From Basidiobolus meristosporus CBS 931.73 (Eukaryota > Fungi > Basidiobolomycota), in the NCBI GenBank assembly GCA_002104905.1, contig MCFE01000753.1:1-39230 (forward strand): a stretch of DNA of 39,230 bases. The letters run 5' to 3'. The translations under genes and the position numbers were made by a program. Of this stretch, positions 35,747 through 39,230 are shown in pieces (position 1 is the first letter of the stretch; each line of letters opens with the position of its first letter). The notes under the pieces are model-generated. The model was not told where the DNA came from. It worked only from the letters and a program-made list of their open reading frames with translations, and did no database searches.

Positions 35747-37816
35747 TTATTTCCATTGAAACTTCAGTTGTACCTCAATTGCCAATTGTATTGACCTATA
35801 CAAGTCTCTATACCCTACACTAACATTTAGCTCAACCCCACACTCATCAAGTAACTCCATTAAAATCCACCACTCAATAAGTATTTCTGCTGTAATGCTC
35901 TGGTTCCACAACTTTGGCGGGAACCCAACGGCTTTATGCCACTGTTCATTCACTGGTTCCCACACATCCTGGTCTTCAGCTGGCATTACCAGGTCTAGCT
36001 CCTCATCTGCCAGTCTTTGCAATAAATCCTTGCAATATTCCAGTGCGTTTTCTTGAGCACTACTCTTGAAGAAGTGCCGCAACCTCTTGGTGTGCCTATT
36101 AATGTTCCTAAACTCCACCAAAGACATTGTGATAGTCTTTTGAGCTCTTGACGTTGTAGCCTTGTCTGTCAGTGGGATCTCCACTCTGTCAACAATGGAG
36201 GCTGTGGAGGCTGTGGTAGACAAATTGCCTTGTTCAGCCAACTCATCTACCTTGCTGGAGTGTAGCTCAACTGGCTGCGCTTCCAACTCTTGTGAAAACA
36301 GCTGTTTTCTTGTTGGTAATTCTTCTTAGCTATGATGGGATTCAGTCTGTTCCTGGCTTGTGGCGTTAACTGGCAAGAACTGCAGTTTTTTTTGCATGCC
36401 TCCCTGTCTCAGGCTTGGGTAGACATTTTTCCCTTTACCTTTTGTTTTATCACTGCCAGGTCTTTTGCTGCTACTTTGTCTGAGTGCTTCTTGTAAAGAA
36501 CTACGCTTTCTCCTGGATAAATTCTGCTCTGACGCATCTGTTTTGGCCTGCTTGTCCCTTGCTGGCACTCTTCTGGCAACCTGACGTTTCTTTTCAGCAT
36601 GTTTTGAGCTCTCAACCATAGTTGTGACCGGCTCCTGTAAAAGCGGCTGGTTTTTATCACTGCCAGGTCCTTCACTGCTACTTTGACTGGGTGCTTCTTG
36701 AGTGGTACTACGCTTTTTCCTTGATAAATGTTGTGCTGGTGCATCCATGTGTGCCTGCTTGTCCTTAATTGGCACTCCTCCAGCTGCCTGACGTCTCTTT
36801 GATGCTTGTCTAGAGCTTTTGGCCCTGCTTGTAACAGGCTCTTGAGGAAGCTGCTGGTTTTTAGCCATGGCACCCTTGTTCTTCTGCCTTTGATAGTTTC
36901 TGCTATTCTTGAGATACTTTCTTAGCATACCAATGCTGGCCCAAAATCTGTTTGCCCATTTGAATCCAGGATAATGCTCATGGAATAAGTCAAGTGCATT
37001 TGGCTTGGCCTTGAGTTCCTGATGGTCCCATGGTATGCCGGCCTTAAGGTGATGGTGTGCTAGACTTCTGACGGCCTCTTTTATATTAGCCCACTCTTCA
37101 TTATTGCACTTGACGGCTTCACGGATCTTCAATGTCTTTTGATTTTTAGGCTTTGGTATAAACACCACATTGACTCCCTCCCATGCTGTGATAGGTTTTT
37201 CTGTGGGCTTTATCTTTGGGCACTGTTGTTGTGCTTCAAAGACTGTACGGTGTTCCTCTGCTGTTACATCAGGAAATGGCTCAATTCTTGGCTGTGACAT
37301 TGAGCTACTTGAGTTCCCTCTTTGCAGCAAAGATACTACTTTCTCTACCTGGGATATTGATTGCTCTACACGTATTATCTGCTCATCCTGTTTCTGGACT
37401 ACTTCCTGATTTCTCTAGGCCATTGCATCTATCCTATCAGCCACTGCACCTAATTGCTTCATTAATGCTTTGGTATGAGCTGACAACATACTTGCTAATA
37501 TGGGTGGTGGTGATGTTATCATAGCCACTTGGTGATCTTCAACAGAGGGTACTGCGTTTGCTACATTCTCATCTGCCTGAGCATAACAGTCAGCTTGTGG
37601 CTCTGCAGAGGTTCTCAATTGCCTACTTGACTGAGAGCCTGAGGAGTCCGCATTATTACCTTCAATGGGCACACTGTCCACAGGGCCTTTTTTGGATGTA
37701 GCCCCACTTGTTGCACTGAATGTCAAAGCAAGCTGTTGTCCAACCATTCTTCTGTTGCCGTCAGCGGTGGGGTTTGGTTGAGAACCAGACAACTTTGCTT
37801 TATTTTTTGGCGGCAT
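35747..37816 (-). pseudogene. ORF2, uncharacterised accessory protein of about 689 aa interrupted by two in-frame stops
   Basis: ORFs 37415..37816, 36326..37330 and 35747..36286 share one frame (2070 nt). The TAG at 37415 is CAG in copy E, and the TAA at 36326 is CAA in copies A and E. Confidence 0.88.
36440..36844 (-). repeat. Tandem 207-bp (69-aa) duplication inside ORF2
   Basis: QEPVT..A/V.SS....KRQ.A..VP..DKQA..DA..Q.LSR.KRS..QEA..QSSS..PGSDK occurs twice, with starts at 36844 and 36637. Also present in copies A, C and E. Confidence 0.9.
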
Positions 37817-37975
37817 ATATATGGAAGTGAGTCAAACCAAAGGGGAAATAGTGTTACATATATGTGTGTATGTGGTGCCACAACTTTATTTATAATGCTT
37901 ACTATGGCAGGTCATCATTGAATCTTACATTCATGTAGGTGCAATGTCTCAAATACAAGACTGTCTTAAGTTCAC
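37817..37975. promoter_or_regulatory. Putative compact bidirectional promoter between ORF2 and the transposase
   Basis: Lies between divergent starts. Conserved in copies C, E and G, with CATATATATGGAAGTGAGTC next to the ORF2 ATG and an AT-rich TTTATTTATAAT. Function is inferred. Confidence 0.5.
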
Positions 37976-39230
37976 ATGAGTATTGACCAAAAAGTGATAT
38001 AATAGTGTTATGTTGTTGAAGGTCAAACTGTTTGCCCCATGTACAAGACTACTTTGACTCAATGCCGTAAGAGAAGAGAAAAAAGACCATGTGGCTATTG
38101 TGGCAAGCCTCTCAGCCATGAAGCACGCAGACAGCATAGGAAGTATTACAAGATTCACCGCCAGTGTTTTGCCACCCAAGTCATATTTGACCATTCATAG
38201 GTCACTACTGTACCAACATTATCTTGCTGGCCAGTTGATACTTCTATATTGGCACCTGGCCGTCTTTGTCACCTTGTGCAAACTGAGTCAGGTGAGTTTG
38301 TGATGCCTTTAGGCTCACCTCAGCCTTCTGAATATGGCAGGCAGAGTGATAGCTCTGACAAAGAAGGTTTACTGATGGATTTTGAGCCTATCTTCCCTAA
38401 CAACAGTACCACATATGAGCGCGGTCAAATCCCTATATGCAATGAGACAACACCTGTTGAAGACAATTGCCAAGAATACTTTATGGAGCCAAGTGAACCC
38501 AGTAATCCATCTACTGGTGAATGATGTGATGTTGTGGCTAGAGAAGTGACACGTTTCCACTAATATCAGTAATGGGGGCTTTGAGGATTGATTACTACTT
38601 CTTGCCAAAATCATACCAGGATGCAACTTACCATGTACATGGTACAAGTGGACAACCATTATGTGGCTGGCAACATATGATCCAGAGACTGTCCTGATTC
38701 CAGCATGTGTTAACAGTTGCATGGCATTCACATCCAAAAATGCTACCATTGCAATGTGTCCAAATTGGGAGGAATCCACCACCATTGAGGGAAAACATTG
38801 TTCACACATCGGATATATTCCAGTCATACCCCATCTAAGGAAGCTGATGCAGTCCAACAAGTATTGCAAAGCTATACAGTACTGCACTCAGTATCAATCA
38901 AGCACAAACATATCCGGTATATTTGATGGCAAACATTACAAACAGGTAAGAAGCAATGGCTACTTTGAAGGTATGTATTACCATACCTTTGCTTTAGCAC
39001 TTGATGGATTCTCATTAAACAAGGACTCTACCAACAAATCCTGCTGGCCACTGATTCTCATCAATCTGAATCTGCTGCCCATCTTACAGTATCAGAGCAA
39101 TAATCTGATGGTAGTCTCACTGGTATCTGGGCCTAAATCACCATCCAACCTGGATAGCTACCTGTATCCATTGCTGAATGAATTTTGTATGCTTTCCAGC
39201 GGGATAACGGTGAATGGCCGTCATATAAAA
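37976..39230 (+). pseudogene. Tnp2-family (Transposase_21-like) CACTA transposase, 5' part, running off the window
   Basis: N-terminal CGYCGKPLSHEARRQH. After one frameshift (about 38465) and a few stops it is open from about 38591 to the end: VLIPACVNSCMAF, GIFDGKHY, LALDGF, SCWPLILINLNL, VSGPKSPSNLDSYLYPLLNEF. The ORF track misses it, apparently because there is no stop before the window end. Confidence 0.88.

Larger units (their letters stand above)
35416..39230. mobile_element. CACTA-like copy G, the youngest and best preserved; continues beyond the window
   Basis: CCC terminus at 35416, ORF2 on minus, transposase on plus, highest CpG retention. Confidence 0.9.

Noticed and set aside
37949-38194. 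Hydrophobic ORF of about 80 aa open in three copies (also 28408..28638 and 4629..4880), a tempting third gene
   Set aside because: It overlaps antisense the Cys/His-rich frame that runs into the transposase ATG, and copy C changes frame within it. A shadow ORF is the simpler explanation, though this is not formally excluded.
38289-38297. CAG/GTGAGT splice-donor-like site conserved before ATG 38303
   Set aside because: The reading frame continues through it in several copies and no convincing acceptor was found. Transcript data would be needed.
449-38887. The many 60-170 aa ORFs as host genes
   Set aside because: Nearly all are off-frame or antisense readings of transposon coding sequence, favoured by CpG loss and codon bias. 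No host domain or exon-intron structure was recognised.
1-39230. CRISPR array, tRNA or rRNA genes, or prokaryotic systems
   Set aside because: There are no regularly spaced short repeats, no RNA-gene structure and no operon-like layout. All recognisable content is eukaryotic transposon.
1-39230. Classical Neurospora-type RIP as the main mutational force
   Set aside because: CpA and TpG remain abundant while CpG is the depleted dinucleotide. Only a minor CpA component is suggested, and it is unquantified.

Overview
This window is eukaryotic, probably fungal, repeat-only DNA. I find no host gene, RNA gene or CRISPR array. It is a nested set of decayed transposons with strong CpG depletion. (1) There are six pieces of one En/Spm-CACTA-like family with CCC termini, plus a separate C-terminal transposase half (about 7580-9100) that may or may not belong to it. 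The youngest copy (35416-39230, running off the end) shows a Tnp2-family transposase head-to-head with a long uncharacterised ORF2. That ORF2 is about 690 codons or more once C>T stops are repaired and carries an internal 69-aa duplication. (2) There are three Ty1/copia relics from two LTR families. (3) One Ty3/gypsy family is present as a near-complete element (16061-21015, 369-bp LTRs about 92% identical) plus four fragments. (4) A PIF/Harbinger-ISL2EU-like (DDE_Tnp_4) transposase is split by a copia. (5) A 733-bp foldback element with about 346-bp arms and a 3-bp AAT target duplication sits inside that copia. All alignments, identities and counts were done by eye and are approximate. Family assignments rest on recognised motifs, not on database searches.
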